The position numbers and the translations under genes are program-made. A stretch of DNA of 64,000 nucleotides from a virus (taxonomy: Duplodnaviria; Heunggongvirae; Uroviricota; Caudoviricetes), in IMG/VR virus record IMGVR_UViG_3300032007_000003, positions 1 through 64,000 of that record, one strand, 5' to 3'. Below are positions 8,661 through 18,750 of this stretch, in pieces (position 1 is the first letter of the stretch; every line of letters starts with the position of its first letter). The notes beneath the pieces are model-generated. The model searched no databases. It was not told the DNA's origin and saw nothing but the letters and a program-made list of their open reading frames with translations.

Positions 8661-9251
8661 TCAATTTTTAACGTTTTTAAGTTTTCTTAACTCACCTATT
8701 GGTTTCAGCATGTCTTGGAATCCTTCAACTTTAGGTCCTATATACTCTTTGCAGAAACTAACTCTCTCAAGTCTATTTTTATACTTATGAATGTCATGTT
8801 GGGTTGATTTCTTATCTCTACCCTTACCATCAAATGATGTACCTCTTACATATGGATTTCTACTCAATGCGTCACCGAATTTCTTATGCGCTGTCTTGAT
8901 ATACAATCTGTAGTCATGCTCTTCATCTGAAAGCGATTTGACTATACCACCAACGAAATTAAAAATGGTTGTACTTAATCCGAGACCTTGAAAATCCGAA
9001 TGAACGACAATCCTTGATATTGAACAGCTATACGGCAATCCTTTTCTTGGACTGTTGAGAATTCCAACAAATGCCACTGGCACTCCATTCCATTCAAACA
9101 ACAAACATTTGCAAGATTTATTAAGTTCTGCTGTCAAATAATGCTCTTTATAAAAAGAAAGAGTATACCAAATTCTTGGTTCGCAACGCCTTACAGTTAA
9201 TTGTATTGGCGGTCGTTGTCCTTTAGGATGATTAACAGTTATATATTTCAT
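8661..9251 (-). CDS. GNAT acetyltransferase (ABC-ATPase-associated type)
   Basis: RPPIQL..RRC, EHYL, ISRIVVHSDFQGLGLS acetyl-CoA-binding motif. Confidence 0.8.
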   Translation of the reverse strand: MKYITVNHPKGQRPPIQLTVRRCEPRIWYTLSFYKEHYLTAELNKSCKCLLFEWNGVPVAFVGILNSPRKGLPYSCSISRIVVHSDFQGLGLSTTIFNFVGGIVKSLSDEEHDYRLYIKTAHKKFGDALSRNPYVRGTSFDGKGRDKKSTQHDIHKYKNRLERVSFCKEYIGPKVEGFQDMLKPIGELRKLKNVKN

Positions 9252-9270
9252 TTAATTTTGTTTATTGTGA

Positions 9271-10299
9271 TTATTTTTTATGATACTTAAACGTATAACC
9301 ATGATGCTGTTTAAATTTACCATTTAAGCACTTTCTAACACTTTTTATATCAAGTCCTCTTTTGCTACACATTTGTGTTAATGAACTAAATGATTCTAAA
9401 AAATTACCATCCAAGCCATATAAATCAACTTTGTGCGCCCTTTTACTGTGGGTAATGTCAGATAACATATTTTCGCTTCTTGATACCCATTCTAAATTTT
9501 CGACTGTATTATCTTCTGTGTTTGAATTTTTATGATTTACTTCTAACTTATTATATTGATTTGGAATAAATGTTTCTGCAACTAATCTATGAACAAAATA
9601 TCCCTTTTTATTAATAACAACTTTAAAATAACCATTACCATTTTTAGTACCTTTTGTAATTTTATATCTATCAAAAAATGTTCTTCTTATTCTTCCAAAA
9701 TTACTAACTTCAACATCAAGTGTCGGGTGTTTTTTGAAAATTTCGTTTGGTAAAGGTTCTTCATTAATATACTCCCACTTGTAGCCATATGCTTTGTTGC
9801 GTATACCCTTGCATGCATCTGTAATGTAATTAGAAGCACGTTTACTTTTACTTAATTTTAAAACAATAACCGCTTCTTTTGCAGTCTCAAATAATCCAAT
9901 TAAATTACCGTCTAAATCAAGACATTTTACTTTTTCAGCTTTAGATGTTGTTTTTGCTGGTACCCTTTTTCTTTTGGAATTTGGGTTATTTGTATTTTCT
10001 ACAAATGGTAAATATCTCAAATTTGAGATATTATTGTTTTGAGGATTTGAATCTATGTGGTCAACTGTAAGAGATTTATTTATTCCATAGAAACACTCAC
10101 AAATGAATCTATGTGAATATTTTACATACTTTTTTCCTTCTTTACTTAATGGTATTAGATATCTGTTTGATGTTTTTAGTAAAATTTGTTTTTTAATCTT
10201 TTTTGTGTTTTTTACTCTTATTCTACCAAAATTTGAGCCTTCATAGTTTGTAAACGTTGGATGTTCTTTCCATATTTCGATATCATCATTTATTTTCAC
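9271..10299 (-). CDS. Double NUMOD4-HNH-NUMOD1 homing endonuclease
   Basis: Two (W/F)K.HPT...SNFGRI, HR..., V(D/N)H...N...NL modules. Confidence 0.9.
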   Translation of the reverse strand: MKINDDIEIWKEHPTFTNYEGSNFGRIRVKNTKKIKKQILLKTSNRYLIPLSKEGKKYVKYSHRFICECFYGINKSLTVDHIDSNPQNNNISNLRYLPFVENTNNPNSKRKRVPAKTTSKAEKVKCLDLDGNLIGLFETAKEAVIVLKLSKSKRASNYITDACKGIRNKAYGYKWEYINEEPLPNEIFKKHPTLDVEVSNFGRIRRTFFDRYKITKGTKNGNGYFKVVINKKGYFVHRLVAETFIPNQYNKLEVNHKNSNTEDNTVENLEWVSRSENMLSDITHSKRAHKVDLYGLDGNFLESFSSLTQMCSKRGLDIKSVRKCLNGKFKQHHGYTFKYHKK

Positions 10300-10702
10300 T
10301 TTTCATGTTTCTTTTCTCTTTTATTTTCCTTGCAATCTCTTCCATTGCCTTTTCTTGTCTTTCTTTCATTCCATCATAGCATTCCATACACATGGGATAT
10401 ATCCAATGGTGTTCCACTATCTGTTTATTGATGTGTTTTCCACATACTTCACAAGTGTGATAAGATTGTGCTTCAGCATCTTCAATCATTTTCCTAAGTT
10501 CATCGGTCTTCTTGCTGACATAACAAGATAACGTACCAAATTTCTCTTTAATTTGGTAAATTTCAATCTTATTATCTTCCTCTTTATCCTTATTATATTC
10601 TTCTATATAGTCAATAATTGGCTGATATAGTTTCTTCCAACCCTCGCCACATTCTATTCCGAATAATTCATAAGGTTCTTTTGGTTCGTCATTGTTTTTC
10701 AT
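10286..10702 (-). CDS. Conserved phage protein with CxxC pairs
   Basis: ECGEGW, QIKEKFGTL, CEVCG, CMEC. Confidence 0.75.
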   Translation of the reverse strand: MKNNDEPKEPYELFGIECGEGWKKLYQPIIDYIEEYNKDKEEDNKIEIYQIKEKFGTLSCYVSKKTDELRKMIEDAEAQSYHTCEVCGKHINKQIVEHHWIYPMCMECYDGMKERQEKAMEEIARKIKEKRNMKSENK

Positions 10703-11409
10703 GGTATATCTATTGCTTCAGTTAATATATCAATATCTCTTGGAGATTGGTATGCATTATAGTCTTTACCATCCTCGTAAACCATTTTTTCCATTTCCAC
10801 CTCTCCATTTTCATCACGGTGTTCAAGGTTAAACATGTAATCGCATTGAAGCCATTCAATGATATCAAAATGACAACTAGCGATAATAACTTTCAATCCT
10901 TTTTGTCTCACATATCTCTGCAATGCATGACTCATTGATTTTGCTGCTGTTCTATTAACCACTGATGTGTATTCATCGAGCACAACAACACCACCATTTG
11001 CGTCATATATAGCCTTTGCGATATCTAGCCTTGCCCTTTCTCCATTAGATAGTTCTTGAGGCTTTCTGAGCCACGTAGGGACTGAACTGAGACCCATACT
11101 TGATAGTAGGTCACAAGCCTCTTCTTCACTTAGCCTTGGAAACTGACTGATTACGCATTTGTCGTAATCATATTCTATCGGTTTTACGTCACCATATATC
11201 TCTCTCAAGATTGTCGATTTTCCACTACCACTCTTTCCGCAAATAAGTAGAATATTCCAATCATCCTTATTCATTGCTTCCATGTCTTCTTTTGATGGAA
11301 TTGGAACTTCAGTTACGGTTTTCTCTCTGTTTTGGATATCGTATGAATCATACAAGAATTGTGTATAATTATCATTAACGATGTTGCTCTCTAATACAAT
11401 TTTTCCCAT
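10699..11409 (-). CDS. ABC-type ATPase (soluble, no transporter partner)
   Basis: Walker A GKSGSGKS, signature LSNGE, Walker B VVVLDEYTS, H-loop SCH. Confidence 0.9.
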   Translation of the reverse strand: MGKIVLESNIVNDNYTQFLYDSYDIQNREKTVTEVPIPSKEDMEAMNKDDWNILLICGKSGSGKSTILREIYGDVKPIEYDYDKCVISQFPRLSEEEACDLLSSMGLSSVPTWLRKPQELSNGERARLDIAKAIYDANGGVVVLDEYTSVVNRTAAKSMSHALQRYVRQKGLKVIIASCHFDIIEWLQCDYMFNLEHRDENGEVEMEKMVYEDGKDYNAYQSPRDIDILTEAIDIP

Positions 11410-11432
11410 TATCTTCGTTTTGTTATTTTTTG

Positions 11433-11464
11433 CAAAGATATGTAAAAAATGTTAAAATTCCAAA
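11433..11464 (-). promoter_or_regulatory. Bacteroidetes primary-sigma promoter (representative of 15 copies)
   Basis: TTTG-N20-TATCTTTG. Other -7 boxes begin at 4700, 8622, 15607, 18653, 19602, 21136, 23116, 23674, 24083, 25645, 61150, 61609 (minus) and 28369, 54420 (plus). Confidence 0.88.
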
Positions 11465-11664
11465 TTTAAAAGCAAAAAAATAGAGTTTAGGTCGTTCCTA
11501 AACTCTTTCTTATTGTCATTACGGTTGTACTTACTTTTGTCCTTATAGACACGATTCATTGAAACAAATTGACCGCCTCCATTGCGCTCAAATTGTTCAT
11601 CACGGCTAATCATTCTCAGTATTTTGTACTGTTCCATGCTCTTTGTAGGTTTACTCTTTTTCAT
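11452..11664 (-). CDS. Small basic hypothetical protein
   Basis: 70 aa ORF coupled (ATGA) to the upstream small ORF. Confidence 0.6.
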   Translation of the reverse strand: MKKSKPTKSMEQYKILRMISRDEQFERNGGGQFVSMNRVYKDKSKYNRNDNKKEFRNDLNSIFLLLNLEF

Positions 11665-11801
11665 TTATATTTCTTCCTTAAGAAATTGTAAAATTCTTCC
11701 TCAGCATCAGAGAGTTTTCTAGTCTTTTTCAAGTCTCTCATCATATTGTATGCATATATTCCTTGCACTTCTGGTAACTCCTTTGGGTCAATTCCTAGCA
11801 T
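11661..11801 (-). CDS. 46 aa hypothetical protein not in the ORF track
   Basis: MLGIDPKELPEVQG...LRKKYK; overlaps both neighbours and fills the gap exactly. Confidence 0.6.
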   Translation of the reverse strand: MLGIDPKELPEVQGIYAYNMMRDLKKTRKLSDAEEEFYNFLRKKYK

Positions 11802-12508
11802 TCAACAAATCCTCCATCATCGTTTATTATTACTGCTTTCTTACAATCTATACAAGCGAATTGCTTGGTTATTAGCGGATGGTCATCATCTAGCATTGTG
11901 TGCCCAAATACTTGGTATTCCCAAGGAATGTCTTGGTTGATTCTAGAATGCATGTCTCTTAAATCATTCCACACAATACTACCAAATTTATCAGTTCCAC
12001 CTCTTATCCAAGAAGCTTCACATAAAGACCTTATCCCGTGTGGTACATCCAATAGTTTATTTAAATTTTCAACTGTTAGTTCACCAATTATTTTCTTATT
12101 ATTATCGTACCAACCTTTCTGTAATCCAGCATGAGTGAAAAGATATCTCTTATCATTTATAAGTTCTTCGTATGCCATTTGAAATAATGAACGATGTGAG
12201 CGAAACATTTCCTCAATATGGTATGCGTTGCTAGAATCATAACGTGACCTTGAATAAAAGTTACGTTTATCGATATAAGGTAAATCATGGTTTCCCAAAA
12301 GGAGAATGACTTTATCTTTGTTTTCAGATTTGAAGTCAATCACCTCTTGGAAGTTTCTTATCGCATCTTTCCTAGTGATGCCCTCCCAAGGATACGAATC
12401 CAAAAAGTCTCCTAAAAAAACTGTTTTCGATACATCATTAAAATGTTTTTCTATAGCGTTTTTCCAGAAGATACGACCATGAATATCTGGTATAATCAAT
12501 ATACTCAT
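11795..12508 (-). CDS. Calcineurin-like metallophosphoesterase
   Basis: DIHG, GDFLD, GNHD, HAG, FGHT. Confidence 0.92.
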   Translation of the reverse strand: MSILIIPDIHGRIFWKNAIEKHFNDVSKTVFLGDFLDSYPWEGITRKDAIRNFQEVIDFKSENKDKVILLLGNHDLPYIDKRNFYSRSRYDSSNAYHIEEMFRSHRSLFQMAYEELINDKRYLFTHAGLQKGWYDNNKKIIGELTVENLNKLLDVPHGIRSLCEASWIRGGTDKFGSIVWNDLRDMHSRINQDIPWEYQVFGHTMLDDDHPLITKQFACIDCKKAVIINDDGGFVEC

Positions 12509-13431
12509 TGTTTTATTATGCTTAAAAGTTCATTAGTACTATTCAAAATATTTTCACCATTTTCGTTTGAAAAATATACCATTTTTATGCCATTTTTTTC
12601 ACATAATGCTTTTTTTACACTATCCCTAGCAACTCTTTCTTTAAATGCAGATTCGCCACCAAAAAACTCAGTTGGTTCATAATGCTGTAATCCTTGACAT
12701 TCGATTGCAATATTGTGCAATGGTAGATAAAAATCTATAAATAAATTACCTCTGTATTTTAACCAAGGATATGTTTTCTGTCTGATGAATGGTATTTTGT
12801 TTTCCAATAATAAATTAGAAACCATATTTTCCAATTTACTTTCTTTACAATACGGACATCCATGACCATGCAAATGATTATCTGGTGTTTGCCAAAACTC
12901 GCCATGTTCTAGGCATACTATGCAAACTTTTGTAGAATAGTCTTTGTATTCAACCTTTGAATAATCGTATTTGTCTCCGTGTACTTTTCTAGAGAGTTGT
13001 ACAAATTTATCCTTTGAAAATTTCTGAGTTTCTGCCATTGAAATTTTCCCACACTTTGGACAGCCACTGCCATGTAGATGATTGTCTGGTCTTACCTCAA
13101 AATCACCGTGTGTTGGACACGTTACCCAAACATTCGTTTTGTTATTCTTATATACTACATTGTTGTATGTGTACTTTCCATTGTGTACTTTTGTTGCCTT
13201 TTCCTCGAAAATTTGTTTTGTAGACGGATAGCTTTGATGGGCGCAATATTTACATCCTTGTTTTTGATGAATAAGACTTGCTGGTTTAATTAGAAAATCA
13301 CCGTGTATTGGACATGTTACAATCATTTTTGTATTCATATTTACATACACAGATTTATCAAAAAGTAATTTTCCGTTATGTATTTCTAAAGCTTTAGAAA
13401 TTACTTCTTCTTGTGTCATTTTTTTAGCCAT
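12505..13431 (-). CDS. Putative homing endonuclease: CP.HG Zn-ribbon repeats + PD-(D/E)xK domain
   Basis: Three H..KY.Y...CP.HG.F...GC..C repeats; IDFYLP..IAIECQGLQH. Confidence 0.85.
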   Translation of the reverse strand: MAKKMTQEEVISKALEIHNGKLLFDKSVYVNMNTKMIVTCPIHGDFLIKPASLIHQKQGCKYCAHQSYPSTKQIFEEKATKVHNGKYTYNNVVYKNNKTNVWVTCPTHGDFEVRPDNHLHGSGCPKCGKISMAETQKFSKDKFVQLSRKVHGDKYDYSKVEYKDYSTKVCIVCLEHGEFWQTPDNHLHGHGCPYCKESKLENMVSNLLLENKIPFIRQKTYPWLKYRGNLFIDFYLPLHNIAIECQGLQHYEPTEFFGGESAFKERVARDSVKKALCEKNGIKMVYFSNENGENILNSTNELLSIIKQ

Positions 13432-13485
13432 ACTAAATCTCTTTTGAAAAAAAATATTTAGACACCTATGAAAATGTTAATCTAG

Positions 13486-13866
13486 TTAATCAACAATTAT
13501 GCAATTGTCAATATGTTTATCCTTGAAATAAGAGAAAAGAAGTTGTGTCAAGTTATATCCATCGTTTATATTCATTCCCAATGGATACCTGATAAAGTAA
13601 TCCCTAACAACCCATTCAACAAGTTTGGTGTTTCTGTTATGATTCCTTAACTCAGTCTCAAAGTAGCTAATCATGCATTGTTTGTGACAAAGTACCTTTG
13701 CTTCACGATACTGTCCTTTTATATACATGTATGAACCATCATACCTTGCTACTCTGTACATATAGGTAACTAACTTATCGTAGTAACCCATAATCTTAAG
13801 AAACTTGATGTACTCTAGTACAATTTCCCTTCTAGTCTTCTTCCTAGGTTTATCTGTCCACCTCAT
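13486..13866 (-). CDS. Hypothetical protein
   Basis: 126 aa ORF in the operon direction. Confidence 0.6.
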   Translation of the reverse strand: MRWTDKPRKKTRREIVLEYIKFLKIMGYYDKLVTYMYRVARYDGSYMYIKGQYREAKVLCHKQCMISYFETELRNHNRNTKLVEWVVRDYFIRYPLGMNINDGYNLTQLLFSYFKDKHIDNCIIVD

Positions 13867-13910
13867 GTTTTCATATATTGGGGGCTTTTAAAGCATTAAA
13901 TTGTTAATAA

Positions 13911-14525
13911 CTATTTTACATTATATTTACTCTTAAGAAGTTGAAGCTGTATCTTTGCATTCAGCTCTTCCCATGATATTGGTTCGTAGTTGTTGTTATC
14001 TACACCAACATCGTACTGCATCGGATATGTGTGTACTAATCGTGGCAAATCTTGTCCTTTCTTATCTGGACCACTGTGTACATGTCCATAACACTGATAC
14101 ACTAGTTTCTTTGGTTCACGATATACACCAGCATAACAAAGGAATGGGAAGTGGTTAAGCAAAACCTTTCTCCCTTCTACCTCAATCAGCATCTGCCAAG
14201 TCACATGCTTAAACAACTCTTGCTCTGCTGTTGTTGACATGTTCTTTTGGTCATGATTACCCTTAATCAGAATAATATCTCCATTCAATTGATTTCTGAT
14301 TTTTTTCCAAAATTCATAACCACCCCATGCAAAGTCACCAAGGTGAAATACAAGTCCATCAGCAGGAACCTTTTTATTCCAAGCTTCAATTAGCTTATAA
14401 TCCATTTCCTCAATGTCCTTGAATGGACGGTCACAGAACTTGATAATGTTCGAATGATTCCAGTGCGTATCACTGATAAAGAATATCTTTTCACCGTTAG
14501 TATATCTAAAATCACATTTATCCAT
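13911..14525 (-). CDS. Calcineurin-like phosphoesterase
   Basis: SDTH, HLGD, GNHD, NHFP, GHVH, DVGVD. Confidence 0.92.
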   Translation of the reverse strand: MDKCDFRYTNGEKIFFISDTHWNHSNIIKFCDRPFKDIEEMDYKLIEAWNKKVPADGLVFHLGDFAWGGYEFWKKIRNQLNGDIILIKGNHDQKNMSTTAEQELFKHVTWQMLIEVEGRKVLLNHFPFLCYAGVYREPKKLVYQCYGHVHSGPDKKGQDLPRLVHTYPMQYDVGVDNNNYEPISWEELNAKIQLQLLKSKYNVK

Positions 14526-15537
14526 ATTTATTTTTTATTTTTGATATGTAAGAAATGCTAATCCCTAATTTTGAAGAAATTTCTTTATACTTTTTCCCTT
14601 CATGAATTAGGTTTAGTATTTCTTTTTTTAATTTTGAAGATTTTTCTTTGTTAACTCTATTTACGCAAACCCCATATCTTGATTTTATTTTTAAAACACA
14701 ATCTGTAGTTATATTGAATCTTTTAGAGACCTCTTTAGTTGATGCGCCATTTTCAATCATATGCAAGATATTAGTTGTTCTATCAGAAATATTGTATCTT
14801 TTGTGTATTGTCTTGGTATTATTATGCGCAGTGGTTAAGTGTTCCCATTTTCTTTTTAAATATGGTACTGAAGACATTAATGGTAATAAAACTTCTGTTG
14901 TGTTATGCTTATTAATTCTCCAATAAGCATAGCCATCTTTTGTTGTTGTTGCTTTTTTTTCGTTATCGAATAAATTAGCAAATTCATTCAATATGTTTAG
15001 CCAAGATGAGTGGATTCTAAACCTTATTGAATTTTCATTTATAGTGCCATCACCATCAATAAACCCAATTAAAAGGTATTTTAATAATTCCTTATTATGA
15101 TTTAAGATGGTTTTTGGTGGGTTATACGTCTTGTTCTTTTTAATATCAAATTTTTTACATAATTCATCAACAACTTCAGTATGTTTTGCAGCAACACCAA
15201 TACCTAATTCGCCTCTATCATCAAAATTTCCAGTCCATTTGATGAAGTTGGCAAACTTTTTTACTTGGTCACTATCTTTTGATGCTAAATGGAATTTAAT
15301 TCTACCATTTTCAAAGTGTCCATCGGCTAAAAGAAATCCAATCCAATAATAAGCTTCTGGAGTTTCTTCAAGTAATGAAGATAAATCACATTTTCTTTTG
15401 GCATTTTTTCTAGTGGCACAAATTCTACAAACAGCATTACATTTTTCTGCCAAGTAGTATGCTGAATATGACCCATATTCTAACTCTTTACCACATATTC
15501 TACAAATTCTCTTATACTTTTTCATAATAGATAACAT
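14518..15537 (-). CDS. LAGLIDADG homing endonuclease with C-terminal HTHs
   Basis: YWIGFLLADGH and LIGFIDGDGT motifs. Confidence 0.88.
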   Translation of the reverse strand: MLSIMKKYKRICRICGKELEYGSYSAYYLAEKCNAVCRICATRKNAKRKCDLSSLLEETPEAYYWIGFLLADGHFENGRIKFHLASKDSDQVKKFANFIKWTGNFDDRGELGIGVAAKHTEVVDELCKKFDIKKNKTYNPPKTILNHNKELLKYLLIGFIDGDGTINENSIRFRIHSSWLNILNEFANLFDNEKKATTTKDGYAYWRINKHNTTEVLLPLMSSVPYLKRKWEHLTTAHNNTKTIHKRYNISDRTTNILHMIENGASTKEVSKRFNITTDCVLKIKSRYGVCVNRVNKEKSSKLKKEILNLIHEGKKYKEISSKLGISISYISKIKNKYG

Positions 15538-15657
15538 TACCTATTATAAATATAATATTATTGTGGAAAATATCAATAGTCAGAAGTAAATAAAATCATA
15601 TTTTAGCAAATATATAATTATTATTCTTCATTTCCAAATATATAGAGTTAAAAAAAA

Positions 15658-16524
15658 TTAAAGCAGAATTTTTATATCCTCTATATTCAGTGGGTTGTCA
15701 ATAAGTTCCATTGAACCATCCTTATATGTGATGAATACTGTCTTATCCTCATTCATTGATATTTTAGTTACATCTTCCTTCCTAATATCTTTGTGGACAT
15801 ATGTAAAGAATGATTTCGACAGCATCATCATATCATATATGGATAATGGTGTTATGTTAGCCTCAGAACCATCTTCCAATATTCTATCAAATTCTTTATC
15901 CCTAATGGCGCAAGACACTCCGTAATTATCCATGAAAGTTTCCCACTTAAACTGTAAAATAGGTAATGTAGAGTCATTTATAATAATTTTATTCCAGCAA
16001 TCATTCCATGTTATAGATGTCTCAGATTCGTGATTTGAGACGTTATCAAGGGTTGTGCGTGTTATAAACCAACAATCGCCACCAAGTTCCTCAACCAAAG
16101 CCTTTTCATTTGGAAACCTTACATCATCAATAACATAATTTTTTTCCTTATTAATCATTTCACGTATTCGATTTACGTGCCAATCTGTATTATACTTCCT
16201 TATTAAGTCAGTGCCAATAAACTGAAGCATTTCTCTTACATTATGCATGGTTTTTCCATGACATGTTTCTTTTACTTGTTCTATCGGTATTTGTGTTTCC
16301 TCAGAGAGTATCAAACAAACATCATCATCCAATAGTAATCCTATGTCTGTATTCTTATTCTTAGCTTCATTAAGTCCGTCAATGGAAACATCCAATATGT
16401 CAGCACATAGTTGTTTTAGTGGCAATGCGAAATATATTCTTTCGTAACCATATTTTTCACATATCTTGGCTAACTCAGTTTTTCCTGAACGACAACGGCC
16501 CGAAAAGCTTATTATTTTACCCAT
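15658..16524 (-). CDS. Deoxynucleoside monophosphate kinase
   Basis: SGRCRSGKT, FALPLK, REMLQFIGTD, IDDVRFPNE, HESE. Confidence 0.88.
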   Translation of the reverse strand: MGKIISFSGRCRSGKTELAKICEKYGYERIYFALPLKQLCADILDVSIDGLNEAKNKNTDIGLLLDDDVCLILSEETQIPIEQVKETCHGKTMHNVREMLQFIGTDLIRKYNTDWHVNRIREMINKEKNYVIDDVRFPNEKALVEELGGDCWFITRTTLDNVSNHESETSITWNDCWNKIIINDSTLPILQFKWETFMDNYGVSCAIRDKEFDRILEDGSEANITPLSIYDMMMLSKSFFTYVHKDIRKEDVTKISMNEDKTVFITYKDGSMELIDNPLNIEDIKILL

Positions 16525-16551
16525 TTTTTTATTTCGTTTAAAAAATCATTT

Positions 16552-16854
16552 TTATCTATCTTCTAACGCTTTATTTATCACATCTAGAAAATCTTTTAAG
16601 GGGATATTACCCATGAGTTTGTATATAGCATCACCATTCTCATCAGCAAGAACAGTAGTTGGAACTGACCTAATTTGGTATTTTTCTACCATTAGTTCTC
16701 CATCTTCATCATTCTCAATATCAATACTCTTGAATTCAATTCCCTTATATTCATCCATTTCAGATACCTTCTTAAACGTATCAGCAAACACACGGCAAGG
16801 TCCACACCAGCTAGCGCTGAATTTAAAAATTTGTGTTACTTTATTGTTATTCAT
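16552..16854 (-). CDS. trxA: Thioredoxin
   Basis: WCGPC and IRSVPT. Confidence 0.92.
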   Translation of the reverse strand: MNNNKVTQIFKFSASWCGPCRVFADTFKKVSEMDEYKGIEFKSIDIENDEDGELMVEKYQIRSVPTTVLADENGDAIYKLMGNIPLKDFLDVINKALEDR

Positions 16855-18638
16855 TTCCTTTTATTTTTTAGTAAGCTTGAGAAAGCATTTACCTTTCTCT
16901 TATTATTTGTAGTTGTCTTAAAATCTATTGTTGAACTTGTAAATATTTTTTTGTCTATCTTCTTGGCATTGGCAACTATTGACTTTGCAGTTTCTTCATT
17001 AATTATTACCTTTGTTGTCTTACCTAATACACTATTTACTCGTTTTTCAATTCTCCTTAGAATTGCGATACTATTACTATTTGATGTATCGAATTTTTCA
17101 AAATCCTTCTCGTTTATAAAACCTAGAGTATGCTTTGCTCTAGTATAAGCTACATACATAAGATTATACTCTTGTCTGATTTCCCAATTCTTCTTTGCAG
17201 ATTTGCTTGGCATTAATGATTCACAAGCTATAAATACATTATTGGCTTCTAAACCTTTTGCTTTATGAATAGTTGAAAGAGAAATTCCATCTTTTTTATC
17301 CCTTTTAGGAAAAATCTCATCAATTTTTTCAATTATTTCCTCAGACTTATTAATACCTTCAGCAAGTATTTCGAGAGCATTAATCATATCAAGTTTATTT
17401 TGTATCTGAGGGGAATTCATTGCCGTATCAGCATCAATGTCAAACTTCTCCATCAATTTATTCCTAGAGACGAATAAATCATCATAAAGTCTTACAAATA
17501 CACCATCCTCCTTGCAATCAGCATTTAATACATCTTGTTTGGTGCTATTGACAATCGATTTGAGATTATTGCCAATATCTTTGCCCCTTATAAATGATTT
17601 CTTACCAAGTTTTAAGAACTCATTATAAATCTGTACCAATGGCGCATTATTCCTACATAGAATCATGTCACCATCCTTTACAGCATCCAATGAAACATTT
17701 CTTATAATTTGTCCATCTATTGCGTTTTCATTGGCTTCAATCGTTGGTACTATCTTCTTTGCGAAATCAACGATATTCTTTCCACATCTATATGATATGC
17801 TAAGTGGGAGGCATTTTGTATTTGGTAAGGACTTAAGCGTATTGAATGATTCTGGGTCCGCCCCACTAAATTCATAGAGCATTTGGCTCGAATCCCCAAC
17901 ACTCATCATTCTTGTACCCATCTTAAAGCACTTCAATACAAGCTCTCTCTCTGCCTTATTCATGTCTTGACACTCATCTATGAATATGAAGTCAAATAAG
18001 AGTCCTAGAGGCTTTAAAAATAGAACGTTGGGCAACCATACCATATCAACGTAATCAATCGTTTCTAGGGCATTTTTACCCCATTCCATGACTTGCAAGG
18101 CAACTTCCTTCTCATCTGCAATCGTATCAATCCCATATCTATCCTCTATAAAGTCCAAATCTTTGACAGTTTGGCATAGATAGAATCTGCCGAAGTCAAC
18201 ATACTTTTTGATGTTATCACTATATCTGTAGAATTCCCTTCCCCTTAATGTAAAAGTATTTATCGAGGATAATTCTCTGATATTATTCTTAATATATGAA
18301 TCATATTTGAATGGTTCTGGAATTGCACTCACTTGTGGTATATTCCTCTTTATAAATAACAAACCAAGACTATGAAGAGTCCTTACCTCAACATTTTCCC
18401 TATCTTTCGTTTTCTTCTTCAGCTCGTTTACAATATCCGTATTAAATGCGCTCATCAACACCTTGCTCTTTTCATCAATAAAATCAAGGCATTTGACAAG
18501 GGTTGTGGTCTTTCCACTGCCAGCAACGGCTTCAACTACAAGATGACCTTGGTCATGCTCAACCCATGAAAAGATGGCCTCTTGGTATGGGGACCAAGGA
18601 TATTCTATTTTTTCTACTTCTTTCTTTTTTCTACCCAT
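16851..18638 (-). CDS. SF1 UvrD/Rep-like helicase
   Basis: AVAGSGKTT, IDECQD, VGD..Q, SYRC, STIHKAKGLE, YVAYTRAK. Confidence 0.93.
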   Translation of the reverse strand: MGRKKKEVEKIEYPWSPYQEAIFSWVEHDQGHLVVEAVAGSGKTTTLVKCLDFIDEKSKVLMSAFNTDIVNELKKKTKDRENVEVRTLHSLGLLFIKRNIPQVSAIPEPFKYDSYIKNNIRELSSINTFTLRGREFYRYSDNIKKYVDFGRFYLCQTVKDLDFIEDRYGIDTIADEKEVALQVMEWGKNALETIDYVDMVWLPNVLFLKPLGLLFDFIFIDECQDMNKAERELVLKCFKMGTRMMSVGDSSQMLYEFSGADPESFNTLKSLPNTKCLPLSISYRCGKNIVDFAKKIVPTIEANENAIDGQIIRNVSLDAVKDGDMILCRNNAPLVQIYNEFLKLGKKSFIRGKDIGNNLKSIVNSTKQDVLNADCKEDGVFVRLYDDLFVSRNKLMEKFDIDADTAMNSPQIQNKLDMINALEILAEGINKSEEIIEKIDEIFPKRDKKDGISLSTIHKAKGLEANNVFIACESLMPSKSAKKNWEIRQEYNLMYVAYTRAKHTLGFINEKDFEKFDTSNSNSIAILRRIEKRVNSVLGKTTKVIINEETAKSIVANAKKIDKKIFTSSTIDFKTTTNNKRKVNAFSSLLKNKRK

Positions 18639-18750
18639 TTAACATCTTTTTGCAAAGATATATAAAAAATGTTAAAAAAGCAAATATATAAACAAAAAAA
18701 AATGAGACAGAATCCGTTTTCTGCCTCATTTCTTTATAGGTTTTAATTCT

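Noticed and set aside
9252-10698. Group I intron rejoining ABC ATPase and GNAT
   Set aside because: The interval is fully occupied by two abutting ORFs with no room for P-Q-R-S core elements, and the GNAT has its own ATG.
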